NCBI RefSeq assembly: GCF_000698785.1
Contig: NZ_CP007536.1
Span: 1,320,001-1,352,000, forward strand
Source: Nitrososphaera viennensis EN76
Lineage (GTDB): Archaea > Thermoproteota > Nitrososphaeria > Nitrososphaerales > Nitrososphaeraceae
DNA length: 32,000 nt
Reading direction: 5' to 3'
Shown: positions 16,624 to 24,617 of the stretch, piece after piece
How the letters are laid out: each line of letters starts with the position of its first letter
Numbering within the stretch: the first letter of the stretch is position 1
Notes under the pieces: generated by a model
Databases searched by the model: none
The model's input: the letters and a program-made list of their open reading frames with translations, nothing else
What the model was told of the DNA's origin: nothing
Translations under genes and position numbers: made by a program

Positions 16624-16716
16624 CTTTCAGAGTCGTCATGCTGTCCTTTGTACTAACAGGAATGCCGCCTTATGCCCCATGCCATAGTCGTGGCAATAGC
16701 CGCATCTTTCGAGACA

Positions 16717-16887
16717 TCACAAAACGTTCCTGTGATCATTTTCGCAGATCCATTCCCCTTTCCAGTTGCCAAACCAATCGATCTTTGTATTGTTCTTCTT
16801 GACTTCTCTGCTTCCGCAGACCTTGCAGGGAGGAAAAGCCCGGACGTTGTCAATGGAAGATGGCACAGGTGTGGAAACCCATGTCAT
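16717..16887 (-). CDS. possible 49-56-aa zinc-ribbon mini-protein (below ORF-track cutoff)
   Basis: My translation: MTWVSTPVPSSIDNVRAFPPCKVCGSREVKKNNTKIDWFGNWKGEWICENDHRNVL (CxxC ... CxxxH). An AATTAATAT box just upstream suggests the internal GTG (codon 8) may be the leaderless start. Confidence 0.4.
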   Translation of the reverse strand: MTWVSTPVPSSIDNVRAFPPCKVCGSREVKKNNTKIDWFGNWKGEWICENDHRNVL

Positions 16888-17042
16888 GCATATTAATTTG
16901 CCATCTTGCTAGCTGACGTTCTGTATGACAGGGTGCATCATTGGTAACTTGCCGGCTTGTGGAAAAAATCGGCAAATCCGATCCTTGATCCCAAAGCGAG
17001 ACTGCATAATGGTTAAGAATTCTGTTCACAGAATTGGACTTT

Positions 17043-17201
17043 GTGCCAAAGATATGCCCAAAATGTCTGGGTAGCGGTCTTGACATGGCAAGGTCAGGCA
17101 CTGGAGAGATAGTTCCAGCCATGCATATCTCAAAATGCATGGTATGTAATGGAAAAGGGTGGCTGTCTGATGACTCTAACGCAACATGGATTTCTGACTA
17201 G
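17043..17201 (+). CDS. 52-aa mini-protein with two DnaJ-type CxxCxGxG zinc-finger motifs (below ORF-track cutoff)
   Basis: My translation from GTG 17043: VPKICPKCLGSGLDMARSGTGEIVPAMHISKCMVCNGKGWLSDDSNATWISD, stop TAG 17199-17201. CPKCLGSG and CMVCNGKG both fit CxxCxGxG. It lies antisense to the implausible listed 96-aa ORF 16850..17140. Confidence 0.5.
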   Translation: MPKICPKCLGSGLDMARSGTGEIVPAMHISKCMVCNGKGWLSDDSNATWISD

Positions 17202-17220
17202 CGTTTTGAATCATCGTTAT

Positions 17221-17248
17221 CCGCTTTTTTGCCAGCCTAAAAAAGCGG
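17221..17248. terminator. perfect 10-bp hairpin with T6/A6, candidate bidirectional terminator
   Basis: CCGCTTTTTT (17221-17230), loop GCCAGCCT, AAAAAAGCGG (17239-17248). It presents an oligo-T run on both strands, 20 nt after the 17043..17201 ORF. Confidence 0.45.
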
Positions 17249-17632
17249 CACAAACTTGTGCACAAAAGGATAGGTGCACTGCTCAACGGATGAAGCATTG
17301 TTAAATAGAGAAAAAAATACCATATCATCATCGACATGAAAAAATGATTATGCGTGCAAGTAGATCATCATGAGAAAATAGGCGGAGTAATTCAGGAAGC
17401 TCAAAAGGACGGCTGGAATCTCCACACCTACAGTACTGCAGCCTTGGCGAACCACTTTATCAACCATTATCTCCTGTTTGTAAAGGAAGAAGGATGATGA
17501 TGACGGGCTGATCCAGGCCAGACGACACAAGTGCCTAGACAAAAACGAGCGTGCAGGAGGCGCGTCAGTTCTTCAAGTCAAAAAAAGCAGCGAGTTTACG
17601 CGTGGAAGGGAGAATTGCTGAAGAGTGGGCCG

Positions 17633-17761
17633 CTAGCCATCGTCAAATCCTTTGTTGCGCGCCGCGACTTCTTGCTTTTCATTTTTCACATGCTCTTCTA
17701 GCAATTCTATAGTGTCAAACACCATCCCACATTCCTTGCAACGCGGGACATCTGAAGACAT
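17633..17761 (-). CDS. 42-aa zinc-finger-like mini-protein (below ORF-track cutoff)
   Basis: My translation: MSSDVPRCKECGMVFDTIELLEEHVKNEKQEVAARNKGFDDG (C-x2-C-x12-H, C2H2-like but without a second His). TATA-like CTTAAAAC (complement of 17785-17792) is centred about 27 nt upstream of ATG 17761. Confidence 0.4.
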   Translation of the reverse strand: MSSDVPRCKECGMVFDTIELLEEHVKNEKQEVAARNKGFDDG

Positions 17762-17929
17762 ATCAGAAATATCACCAACATCATGTTTTAAGACTTGTTC
17801 GGAGAGTATCGAAGTACAAGGATCTTCTTTTTTCCTCCTCTGGCCAGATCAAGATGATGGCAGCATTTTCATTGCGGGTTTCCTTCTAGTTTGGATATTT
17901 ACTTATAAGACGCAAACAATTATTGCTAG

Positions 17930-18589
17930 TTGGTTCAGGTGCAGCACCGCATAGCGGCTGAAAGCACTGCAGCACTTGTCGTCTTGGCACTAATTATTCT
18001 GGCATTCACATCATTTCCATCTTTTGCGCTTTTGGCGCCAGCATATGCATGCGAGGTCCTCTACAGTCCGCCGCTTGAGAGGCTGGAAGGAGCAGACGCG
18101 GTATTCGCCGGCACAGTCACAGAGATTCAAGGGTTCGCTATAGAAGGCTCGCCCAATCAGCACATAGTATTCTTTAAAGTCAACCGATACTGGAAAAGCC
18201 CTGACGGAAAGGACTATGAAAAGCTGGTTGTGCTCCAACCAATCGGAGAAGGCAGTTGCGGCTATGCGTTTGAAGAAAACAAAAGGTATCTAGTGTATGC
18301 CTCGCATCGCCCGCTTTATGATAATGCGCTATTTACAGGACTTGGATTAGCACAGACAATGGAGGATGCCCAAGAAGATCTAAGCCTTTTGGGTGAAGGG
18401 TCTGTGCCCACCAGACAATTAAGCGTGGAAGAACAAATTGACGGAATATCGTTTCAACTGATGCCTAGTGGACGAACAGAAGATGCAATTGGCAGGTTGC
18501 TATTGATCATTGGCGCAGGCGGGGCAATAGCTGGCGCGGCTGCCTTCTTTACCCTAATGAAACTAAGAAAAGAGAGGACCAAAGAGTGA
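17930..18589 (+). CDS. exported TIMP/NTR-like (OB-fold) protein with C-terminal TM anchor
   Basis: 219 aa. TTG 17930 or GTG 17939 start, about 25-30 nt after TTTACTTATAAG. Signal peptide ends ...APAYA, followed by CEVLYSPPLERLEGADAVFAGTVTEI...IVFFKVNRYWKS...GSCGYAFEENKRYLVYAS. C-terminus LLLIIGAGGAIAGAAAFFTLMKLRKERTKE. Confidence 0.75.
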   Translation: MVQVQHRIAAESTAALVVLALIILAFTSFPSFALLAPAYACEVLYSPPLERLEGADAVFAGTVTEIQGFAIEGSPNQHIVFFKVNRYWKSPDGKDYEKLVVLQPIGEGSCGYAFEENKRYLVYASHRPLYDNALFTGLGLAQTMEDAQEDLSLLGEGSVPTRQLSVEEQIDGISFQLMPSGRTEDAIGRLLLIIGAGGAIAGAAAFFTLMKLRKERTKE

Positions 18590-18750
18590 AAGCAGAAAAG
18601 CCGGGCATTATATTGGTGTGGCTGGTACTTTTACATTTTCTGTGATGTTGCAGGTCTTGTCGTTTGAATAATTTGAGTGACAAACCATTCTTCGCAGAGG
18701 TTCGACGTGCAATTTAAGGAAGAAACCTTGAAAGGCCGGGATGTATGTTT

Positions 18751-19440
18751 TTAGTCCTTCACATAGATGTACGTGTAAAGACCAATGCCAGTATAACCCT
18801 GAGTACGGTCGTCCCTTCTTTCTGTCGTTATTACAATGATATGCTTCCCCAAGCTGGCGGTATCATCCGCCCTTACGAATGCGGTGAAATTACCAGTGAT
18901 TGCTTTTGATGCCAGATACTCGTCTAAAACGCTTGATACTGCAGCAGTGCGGAAAGACTCTTTATCCAGCCGAGCAATGATGCCCTTGTCCAAAACAGGG
19001 CTTGGCCATCCTTCTGCCCTTACGCGCCAAGTCATTTCTACAGTATTCTTGTTTCCATAGCAAATAGGAATGGCTATCTCATCGCCTCTTCTCTTGACTA
19101 TCGCAGGATGTTCTGGATTACCTGGAACTTTAGTAAGGCCTGATGCAGAAGTTCCACAAATCTCCACTCCAATTCCGACGTTTGCAGGATCTTGATAGAC
19201 AAAGATGCCCGTCTCGTTTATTTTCAAAGGAGGGTATGAAGCAGAGGATGAGGCAGTTGATGTAGCATTTGGAGTAACATCTGCAATCTTGATTGGAGTG
19301 TCATTGAACTGCGCAGTTCCAGTATTAGTGTCACTGTTGTTGTTTGATAAAGGAAAGGTTGTTGTTGCAAAGAAGATAACAATTGCAATGCCTGCCGCAA
19401 TCAAAACTACTATTATGAGCAGGAAATTCGACTTTTGCAA
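18751..19440 (-). CDS. membrane-anchored extracellular hypothetical protein
   Basis: 229 aa. N-terminal TM (FLLIIVVLIAAGIAIVIFFA), an Asn/Ser/Thr-rich linker (SNNNSDTNTGT...TSTASSSAS), then a globular domain with no family recognised. Confidence 0.75.
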   Translation of the reverse strand: MQKSNFLLIIVVLIAAGIAIVIFFATTTFPLSNNNSDTNTGTAQFNDTPIKIADVTPNATSTASSSASYPPLKINETGIFVYQDPANVGIGVEICGTSASGLTKVPGNPEHPAIVKRRGDEIAIPICYGNKNTVEMTWRVRAEGWPSPVLDKGIIARLDKESFRTAAVSSVLDEYLASKAITGNFTAFVRADDTASLGKHIIVITTERRDDRTQGYTGIGLYTYIYVKD

Positions 19441-19581
19441 TTACCAATAAGATGTAAAGGTCGTATATATCAAGCCGCAAGTTCCCTGCAAAGTTATGTC
19501 GCAAGTAATCCCCATCCTGCAGAAGTTAGTAGTCTATTACATAATATCTTTATAGTGAACCTTTCTTTTTAAGAAAACAAA

Positions 19582-20424
19582 TTGAAGTTATTCCAGCTAG
19601 TGGACACCCCAAAACATCAAAAGGACTTTGACATTAACCAACATGGGAGGTGGTACACATGGTCTCAAGAAATCCGCCCGTTTCTTCGGTCCTGGAATCA
19701 ATATGTAAAGACAATTGAAAAACCAAAACTAAAAAGCTTGAACGAAGCGAAACCTTATGTCTATACTTATTCGCAGAATCTGTCAAAAATTAAAGAGCCC
19801 CAACTCTGCAAAGAATTGGCATCCATTGCTACTGCATTAAATAACTTACCAGTCGACGATAGAATACTATTCTTTACAGGATTATTGCAGGATTTAGACG
19901 GAGTCGGTCTTCATTTCCTATTCGCTTCCTTAAGGGAGGCATTGGTTCAAATTCGTAAAGACCCATTGTCCGGGTTATATTCTCCGTTAGATCCTAGAGG
20001 AAGCAAAGATTTTCCTCTTCACTGTGATTTGTACGTTCCAAAGATTTTATTTAATGTGTACGAGGATGTTCCCACTGATTCGTCAGGCGCATCTATTTTC
20101 ATGTCAACACAAGCCCTAAAGAAAATCCTTTCAAATATTAGATACCTCTCAATCAAGAACCAAAATGCCATTCTTCACTCTCTCAGTAAAGAGTCCCGGA
20201 GAGATCGCTATGATAGGTTTTACGACCTACTGCATGGAAGACACGTTTGGAAAGATCAATTAGAAGAGGAGATGCAAAAACATCAACAGAGAATAAAATT
20301 AGACGCAGGTCAGGGCTACATGTTGCATGACAGGTTATGGTTGCATGGACGTGAAAAAGTAATAGGCAAGATTCCAAGGAATAGATTGCACCGGCTAGTC
20401 TTCAACAACAAGAGCGTTAATTAA
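19582..20424 (+). CDS. putative Fe(II)/2-oxoglutarate dioxygenase, TauD/TfdA-like
   Basis: 280 aa. H147-C-D149 (CAC 20020-20022, GAT 20026-20028), followed about 20 residues later by VPTDSSGASIFMS (compare the TauD segment LPSTGGDTLW). Distal H255 in LWLHGR (CAT 20344-20346), with Arg residues at 266/268. Gene is very AT-rich. Confidence 0.65.
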   Translation: MKLFQLVDTPKHQKDFDINQHGRWYTWSQEIRPFLRSWNQYVKTIEKPKLKSLNEAKPYVYTYSQNLSKIKEPQLCKELASIATALNNLPVDDRILFFTGLLQDLDGVGLHFLFASLREALVQIRKDPLSGLYSPLDPRGSKDFPLHCDLYVPKILFNVYEDVPTDSSGASIFMSTQALKKILSNIRYLSIKNQNAILHSLSKESRRDRYDRFYDLLHGRHVWKDQLEEEMQKHQQRIKLDAGQGYMLHDRLWLHGREKVIGKIPRNRLHRLVFNNKSVN

Positions 20425-20623
20425 GCAAATTCCGGATTATCATAAGCCATCATCAACTATTCTTGAATAAGCAAAAGCATGCAGATCGGCCTTGAGATTT
20501 TGTTTGCCGGTACGTGCCACATTTCGACGGACCATAACGTAAAACATTACGTGGTGAGCGGCACAAAATCACGTTCAAAAAGGGGCTTTCTTTTTATCGA
20601 CACAAGGAGGAAGAATAGATGGT

Positions 20624-20998
20624 ATGGAGAGCAGCCAGATTCATTTTAGAGCGGAATTTACCATAGAAGAGGGGAAAATAGAAGAATACAAGGAGCTGAT
20701 ACAGGAAATGAGTAGAGTGGTGGAAGCCAGCGAGCCAGATACAATCGATTACCAGTTTTATCTTGATAGAGACGATAAAACAAAGTGTATTGTACACGAA
20801 ACATACGCAAACTCAGAGGCGGTACTTGCTCGCAACAATGACGTTGCTTCGCAAACAATACTTCCAAAGATTTCCAAGGTTGCGAGAATAAGTAGATTTG
20901 ATGTCTACGGCAACCCTGACGAAGAACTGCAAAAGGTGCTAGCAAGTTTTAGCCCAACTCCACAGATTTACAATCTGATTACTGGATCCAGTCGTTGA
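20624..20998 (+). CDS. antibiotic-biosynthesis-monooxygenase (ABM) domain / dimeric alpha-beta barrel protein
   Basis: 124 aa. The pattern FTIEEGKIEEYKELIQEMSRVVEASEPDTIDYQFYLDRDDKTKCIVHETYANSEAVLAH-like is typical of ABM proteins. An AAGGAGGA element lies upstream. Confidence 0.75.
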   Translation: MESSQIHFRAEFTIEEGKIEEYKELIQEMSRVVEASEPDTIDYQFYLDRDDKTKCIVHETYANSEAVLARNNDVASQTILPKISKVARISRFDVYGNPDEELQKVLASFSPTPQIYNLITGSSR

Positions 20999-21098
20999 TA
21001 ACTTCTTCCCACTAGCTTGTTGTGGTAGATGTCCAAGGCTACTCATCATCACTTACGTTATGCGTACAGATCCATGAGGGAAAAGGGGGATCGTGTTT

Positions 21099-23300
21099 TT
21101 ACTCCTTGTCGATGAACTCGTCAGGTCCAGGCGGCTCTGGGTTGAGGCCCTTTCTCTTCCTAGTGTCTGCTACCAAGTTCCTAAATATCGAGTTCGGGAC
21201 TGGCGCCCACGTCTTGAAGAACGTTGTCCACATTGCTTTTCCTGCGGTTCCGCCCCTCATGACCTCTGACAAGTCGAACGTCTCGGATGCCGGCACCTCA
21301 CCCTGTATGATGGCAATGATGCCCTTCTGCTCGACGTTGAGGAGCTTGCCGCGCTTGCCTGACAGCACGCTTGCGACAATGCCTATCTGCTCCTGCGGGC
21401 ACTTGATCTCTATGCCAAGTATCGGCTCAAGCAGGACAGGATCAGCAATCAGCATGGAGCCAAGCATCGCCCTCCTCGTGGCCGGCATCAGCTGCGCAAG
21501 GCCCCTGTGCGCCGGGTCCTCGTGCGGGACAAAGTGGTGCAGGACGAATTTCACGCCCCTCACCTGCTCCTTTGCTATCGGGCCGTTCTTTATCACGTCG
21601 TCAAAGCCAGAGCGGATAGAGTCCATAGACTCCTGTATGAACTGGACACCCTTGGTTTCGTCCACCATCATGTTGCCGGACGAGTCGATCGCAACAACGC
21701 TCCTTGACTCGTCTGTGCCCCATCCCTTTTCCCTCAGGATCTTGGCCATCTCCTTCTTGTCCATGTCTTCCTTCAGTTTCCCCGTCCTGATGAGGTCGAC
21801 AATGTCCTCTGGCAACGGCTCGACGCGCATGAATATCTTGTTGTGCTTGTTTGGAGACTTGCTCATTATGGGGCCGGCCTTTGCGCGGATTGTCTCGCGG
21901 TAGTTGATCAAGGGCTGAGTCGTGACGATGTCAAGGCCCATTTCCTGCAGGAGAGACGTCGCGATTTCAAGGTGCAGGACACCCATTCCTGCCATCAGGG
22001 TCTCGCCGGATTCCTCGTTTATCTTGACTATTAGGTTCGGGTCCTCCACGGTTATCCTGCGCAGGCCTTCTACCAGCTTGGGCAGGTCCTTGGGGTGCTT
22101 TGGCTCGACTGCGATAGTGACGACAGGCTCTGACACGTACTTGATCGACTCAAAGGCGGTCGCGGTCTTGACAGTAGATATTGACTCGCCGGAAACTGCA
22201 TAGTCGAGGCCAAGCAGCGCCGGGATGTTGCCTGCCGGGAGCACGCTCACAACTTCGCGCGTGTTGCCCATGTAGATGTTCACGGACTGCACCTTGCCGG
22301 GCCTCTTGGCGTCTATCAGATAGATTTCGTCGCCGTCCTTTATCGTGCCAGAGTAAAGCCTGCCTGTGGCGACCCTGCCTGCCTGCGGGTCGACGTTGAT
22401 GGTCGTGACCATCATCATCGCCGGCCCTTTTTCATCGCAGTTCAAAAGCGCCTGGCCGATCTCAGAGTTGAGGTCGCCCGGCCAGATTTTTGGAATACGA
22501 TATTTCTGCGCCACATGGGGCGGCGGGTGGTGCTCTACTACCATTCCCAAGACCGCGTCGTGCAACGGCGATTTCTCTGCCAGCGCCTTTATCTTGTCGG
22601 TACCTTCAGCCGTGTATGCCTCGTAGACGTCCTTGAACCCGACGCCCAGCTTTTGCGCCATCTTGAAGTTAAAGCCCCAGCGGTCCTTGGCAGATCCAAA
22701 GGCGACGCTGTTGCCCTGTATCGAAACCTTCCACTTTTCCTTGTATTCCGGCTCGGCATAGAGGTCAACGAGCCTGTTGAAATCTGCAATGATGTTTGAA
22801 AGCCATTTTTGCATGGCCGGCCCGTCCAGCCTCAGCTCCTTCACAAGCCTGTCTATCTTGTTGATGTAAAGGACTGGCCTGACGCGCTCTTCGAGTGCCT
22901 GCCTTGTGACGGTCTCCGTCTGGGTCATGATGCCCTCGACCGAGTCAGAGACAACGACCACGCCGTCGATCGCGCGCAGCGCCCTTGTGACCCTGCCCGT
23001 AAAGTCAATGTGGCCGGGCGTGTCTATCATGTTGATGACGTAATCCTTGCCCTCGTTTTCATAGAGAAGCGTCACGTTTGCGCCCCTGATGGTCATCTGC
23101 CTGTTCTGCTCCAGCTTCATGGAGTCAAGAGCAAGGGCCTGGCCGGCCACCGAAGGCGCTATGATGCCGGATGCGGCAAGAAGGCTGTCTGACATGGTCG
23201 TCTTGCCGTGGTCGACGTGTGCAATGACACCGAAATTGCGTATCTGATCCTTATTACCGATGATTCTCAGGATTTCCTGAGTTGACTTGAACTTTGGCAT
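21099..23300 (-). CDS. fusA: translation elongation factor 2 (aEF-2)
   Basis: The listed ORF 21099..23393 is trimmed to ATG 23300 (MPKFKSTQEILRII...). G1 AHVDHGKTT, G3 DTPGHIDF, and diphthamide-loop region HEDPAHRGLAQLMPATRRA. 733 aa. Confidence 0.95.
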   Translation of the reverse strand: MPKFKSTQEILRIIGNKDQIRNFGVIAHVDHGKTTMSDSLLAASGIIAPSVAGQALALDSMKLEQNRQMTIRGANVTLLYENEGKDYVINMIDTPGHIDFTGRVTRALRAIDGVVVVSDSVEGIMTQTETVTRQALEERVRPVLYINKIDRLVKELRLDGPAMQKWLSNIIADFNRLVDLYAEPEYKEKWKVSIQGNSVAFGSAKDRWGFNFKMAQKLGVGFKDVYEAYTAEGTDKIKALAEKSPLHDAVLGMVVEHHPPPHVAQKYRIPKIWPGDLNSEIGQALLNCDEKGPAMMMVTTINVDPQAGRVATGRLYSGTIKDGDEIYLIDAKRPGKVQSVNIYMGNTREVVSVLPAGNIPALLGLDYAVSGESISTVKTATAFESIKYVSEPVVTIAVEPKHPKDLPKLVEGLRRITVEDPNLIVKINEESGETLMAGMGVLHLEIATSLLQEMGLDIVTTQPLINYRETIRAKAGPIMSKSPNKHNKIFMRVEPLPEDIVDLIRTGKLKEDMDKKEMAKILREKGWGTDESRSVVAIDSSGNMMVDETKGVQFIQESMDSIRSGFDDVIKNGPIAKEQVRGVKFVLHHFVPHEDPAHRGLAQLMPATRRAMLGSMLIADPVLLEPILGIEIKCPQEQIGIVASVLSGKRGKLLNVEQKGIIAIIQGEVPASETFDLSEVMRGGTAGKAMWTTFFKTWAPVPNSIFRNLVADTRKRKGLNPEPPGPDEFIDKE

Positions 23301-23398
23301 ACACTCAATTTTCAAAAATTTTGTTCGGGGACTATAAATGTTGCCTATATTTTTCACTGATATTGATTTAATAGTGGCGCAGGGTGTTTGCATGAGGG

Positions 23399-24232
23399 AT
23401 GGAAATAACGCTCGGCCACACCCCTGACGCCGACGACGCGTTCATGTTCTACGGCTTTGCATGCGGCGGGGTAGGGTCCATCAGGTTTACGATAAAGCAC
23501 GTCATCCAGGACATCGAGACTTTGAACAAGAGGGCGCTGGCGCACGAGCTGGACGTGACGGCAGTGTCGGCGCACGCCTACGCTTACCTCAAGGATTATG
23601 TCATCCTGCGCGGGGGCGGCAGCTTTGGGCTGAAATACGGGCCGGTGGTAATTGCAAGAAAGGACAAGGGCATGACTCTTGAGAGGCTGCAAGGCGCCAC
23701 GATAGCAATACCGGGCAGGATGACTTCTGCCAACCTTTTGTTGAAACTTGCCTTGGGCAGGTTCAAGGAGAAAGAGATGTCGTTTGAGACAATACCGCGG
23801 GCAGTCCTGGCCGGGGAAGTGGACGCAGGGCTTGTCATACACGAAGCGCAGATAACCTACGACAAGGGCAAGTTTGCAGGGATAATGGAGCTGGGCCAGT
23901 GGTGGGACTCGCAAACGGGCGGCCTTCCCGTCCCGCTTGGCATAAACGTGGCAAGCACAAGGACTATGGACCGCGGCCGGTTGAAGGAATTCAGCGACCT
24001 TTTTGTAAAATCAATAGAGTACGGCCTTGACAACATCGATGCTTCTGTAGATTACGCAATGCAGTATTCCCGGGGCCAGCCAAAGGAGACCATAAAGAAA
24101 TTTGTGCTCATGTACGTGAACGAGATAACACGCGACATGGGACCGGAAGGCAAAAAGGCGATTGAAAAGATGTTTTTAATGGCCCGCGAACGGCGGATTT
24201 TAGAATCTGACGTCAAGGTAGATGTCATCTAG
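23399..24232 (+). CDS. MqnA/MqnD-family protein (PF02621-like; 1,4-dihydroxy-6-naphthoate synthase-like, futalosine pathway)
   Basis: 277 aa. N-terminus ITLGHTPDADDAFMFYG parallels the MqnD SPCPNDTFIFY motif. VSAHAYAYL...YGPVVIA is also consistent with MqnD. Confidence 0.7.
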   Translation: MEITLGHTPDADDAFMFYGFACGGVGSIRFTIKHVIQDIETLNKRALAHELDVTAVSAHAYAYLKDYVILRGGGSFGLKYGPVVIARKDKGMTLERLQGATIAIPGRMTSANLLLKLALGRFKEKEMSFETIPRAVLAGEVDAGLVIHEAQITYDKGKFAGIMELGQWWDSQTGGLPVPLGINVASTRTMDRGRLKEFSDLFVKSIEYGLDNIDASVDYAMQYSRGQPKETIKKFVLMYVNEITRDMGPEGKKAIEKMFLMARERRILESDVKVDVI

Positions 24233-24236
24233 AGAT

Positions 24237-24245
24237 CTTTTATAC
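24237..24245 (+). promoter_or_regulatory. TATA-like box for the 24266 gene
   Basis: CTTTTATAC centred 25 nt upstream of GTG 24266. Confidence 0.35.
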
Positions 24246-24265
24246 GGCAACCACGCAACTGCCTT

Positions 24266-24577
24266 GTGCACGGCGAAGGCGACGATTCAGAGCAGGCGAT
24301 AATAAGAGACTACAAGGACAGCCTTGTACAGTGCCTTGCCCCGGCCGCCATAACAACTTGGATCGAAAAAATAGTCGACACGGCCAATGCGTTATGTGGC
24401 AGCGGCTCTGTTGCAATCAAGTACAAGAAGGGAGAGGGCTATTTGGGCGAAATAGTGGTTCCTACCAAGAAAGATGCGGAATGCTTGTCAAAGGCAATAA
24501 ATATGCACGCTCTTGCCGCGCCCGAGCTTGTCAGGGACATACTGATGGCGTACAAGGCAAAACTGCTTCTGACATAG
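24266..24577 (+). CDS. hypothetical protein
   Basis: 103-aa ORF with a GTG start at leaderless distance from a TATA-like box. No motif recognised. Confidence 0.5.
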   Translation: MHGEGDDSEQAIIRDYKDSLVQCLAPAAITTWIEKIVDTANALCGSGSVAIKYKKGEGYLGEIVVPTKKDAECLSKAINMHALAAPELVRDILMAYKAKLLLT

Positions 24578-24617
24578 AAGCAGTTTTTGCACGCCGCAAC
24601 AACAACAGCCAAGGGCC

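Noticed and set aside
16850-17140. Listed 96-aa minus-strand ORF
   Set aside because: The translation has no protein-like features. The opposite strand encodes a peptide with two exact CxxCxGxG motifs, which explains the open frame better.
17168-17197. TGATGA ... CTGA resembling C and D boxes of an archaeal C/D sRNA
   Set aside because: Only about 20 nt separate the boxes. There are no internal D'/C' boxes and no terminal stem. The segment lies inside the CxxCxGxG mini-ORF.
17348-17542. Listed 64-aa minus-strand ORF (possible 39-aa tail-anchored peptide from ATG 17467)
   Set aside because: There is no convincing TATA-like box at leaderless distance and no motif. It was left unannotated for lack of support.
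17652-17954. Listed 100-aa plus-strand ORF
   Set aside because: The translation is Ser/Cys/Phe-rich. It overlaps the promoter and start of the TIMP-like gene and is antisense to a mini-ORF with good promoter geometry.
21022-21903. 293-aa plus-strand ORF, plus several 60-130-aa ORFs, inside the aEF-2 locus
   Set aside because: These are antisense or shadow frames of aEF-2. They are Ser/Cys/Pro-rich with no motifs.
23301-23393. 31 extra N-terminal codons of the listed aEF-2 ORF
   Set aside because: aEF-2 proteins start close to the G1 motif. MPKFKST... at ATG 23300 gives the normal N-terminus. The extension would run through the divergent promoter region.
23354-23914. 186-aa minus-strand ORF opposite the MqnD-like gene
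   Set aside because: It is antisense to a gene with clear family motifs, has an Arg/Pro/Leu-rich composition, and would overlap the aEF-2 promoter.
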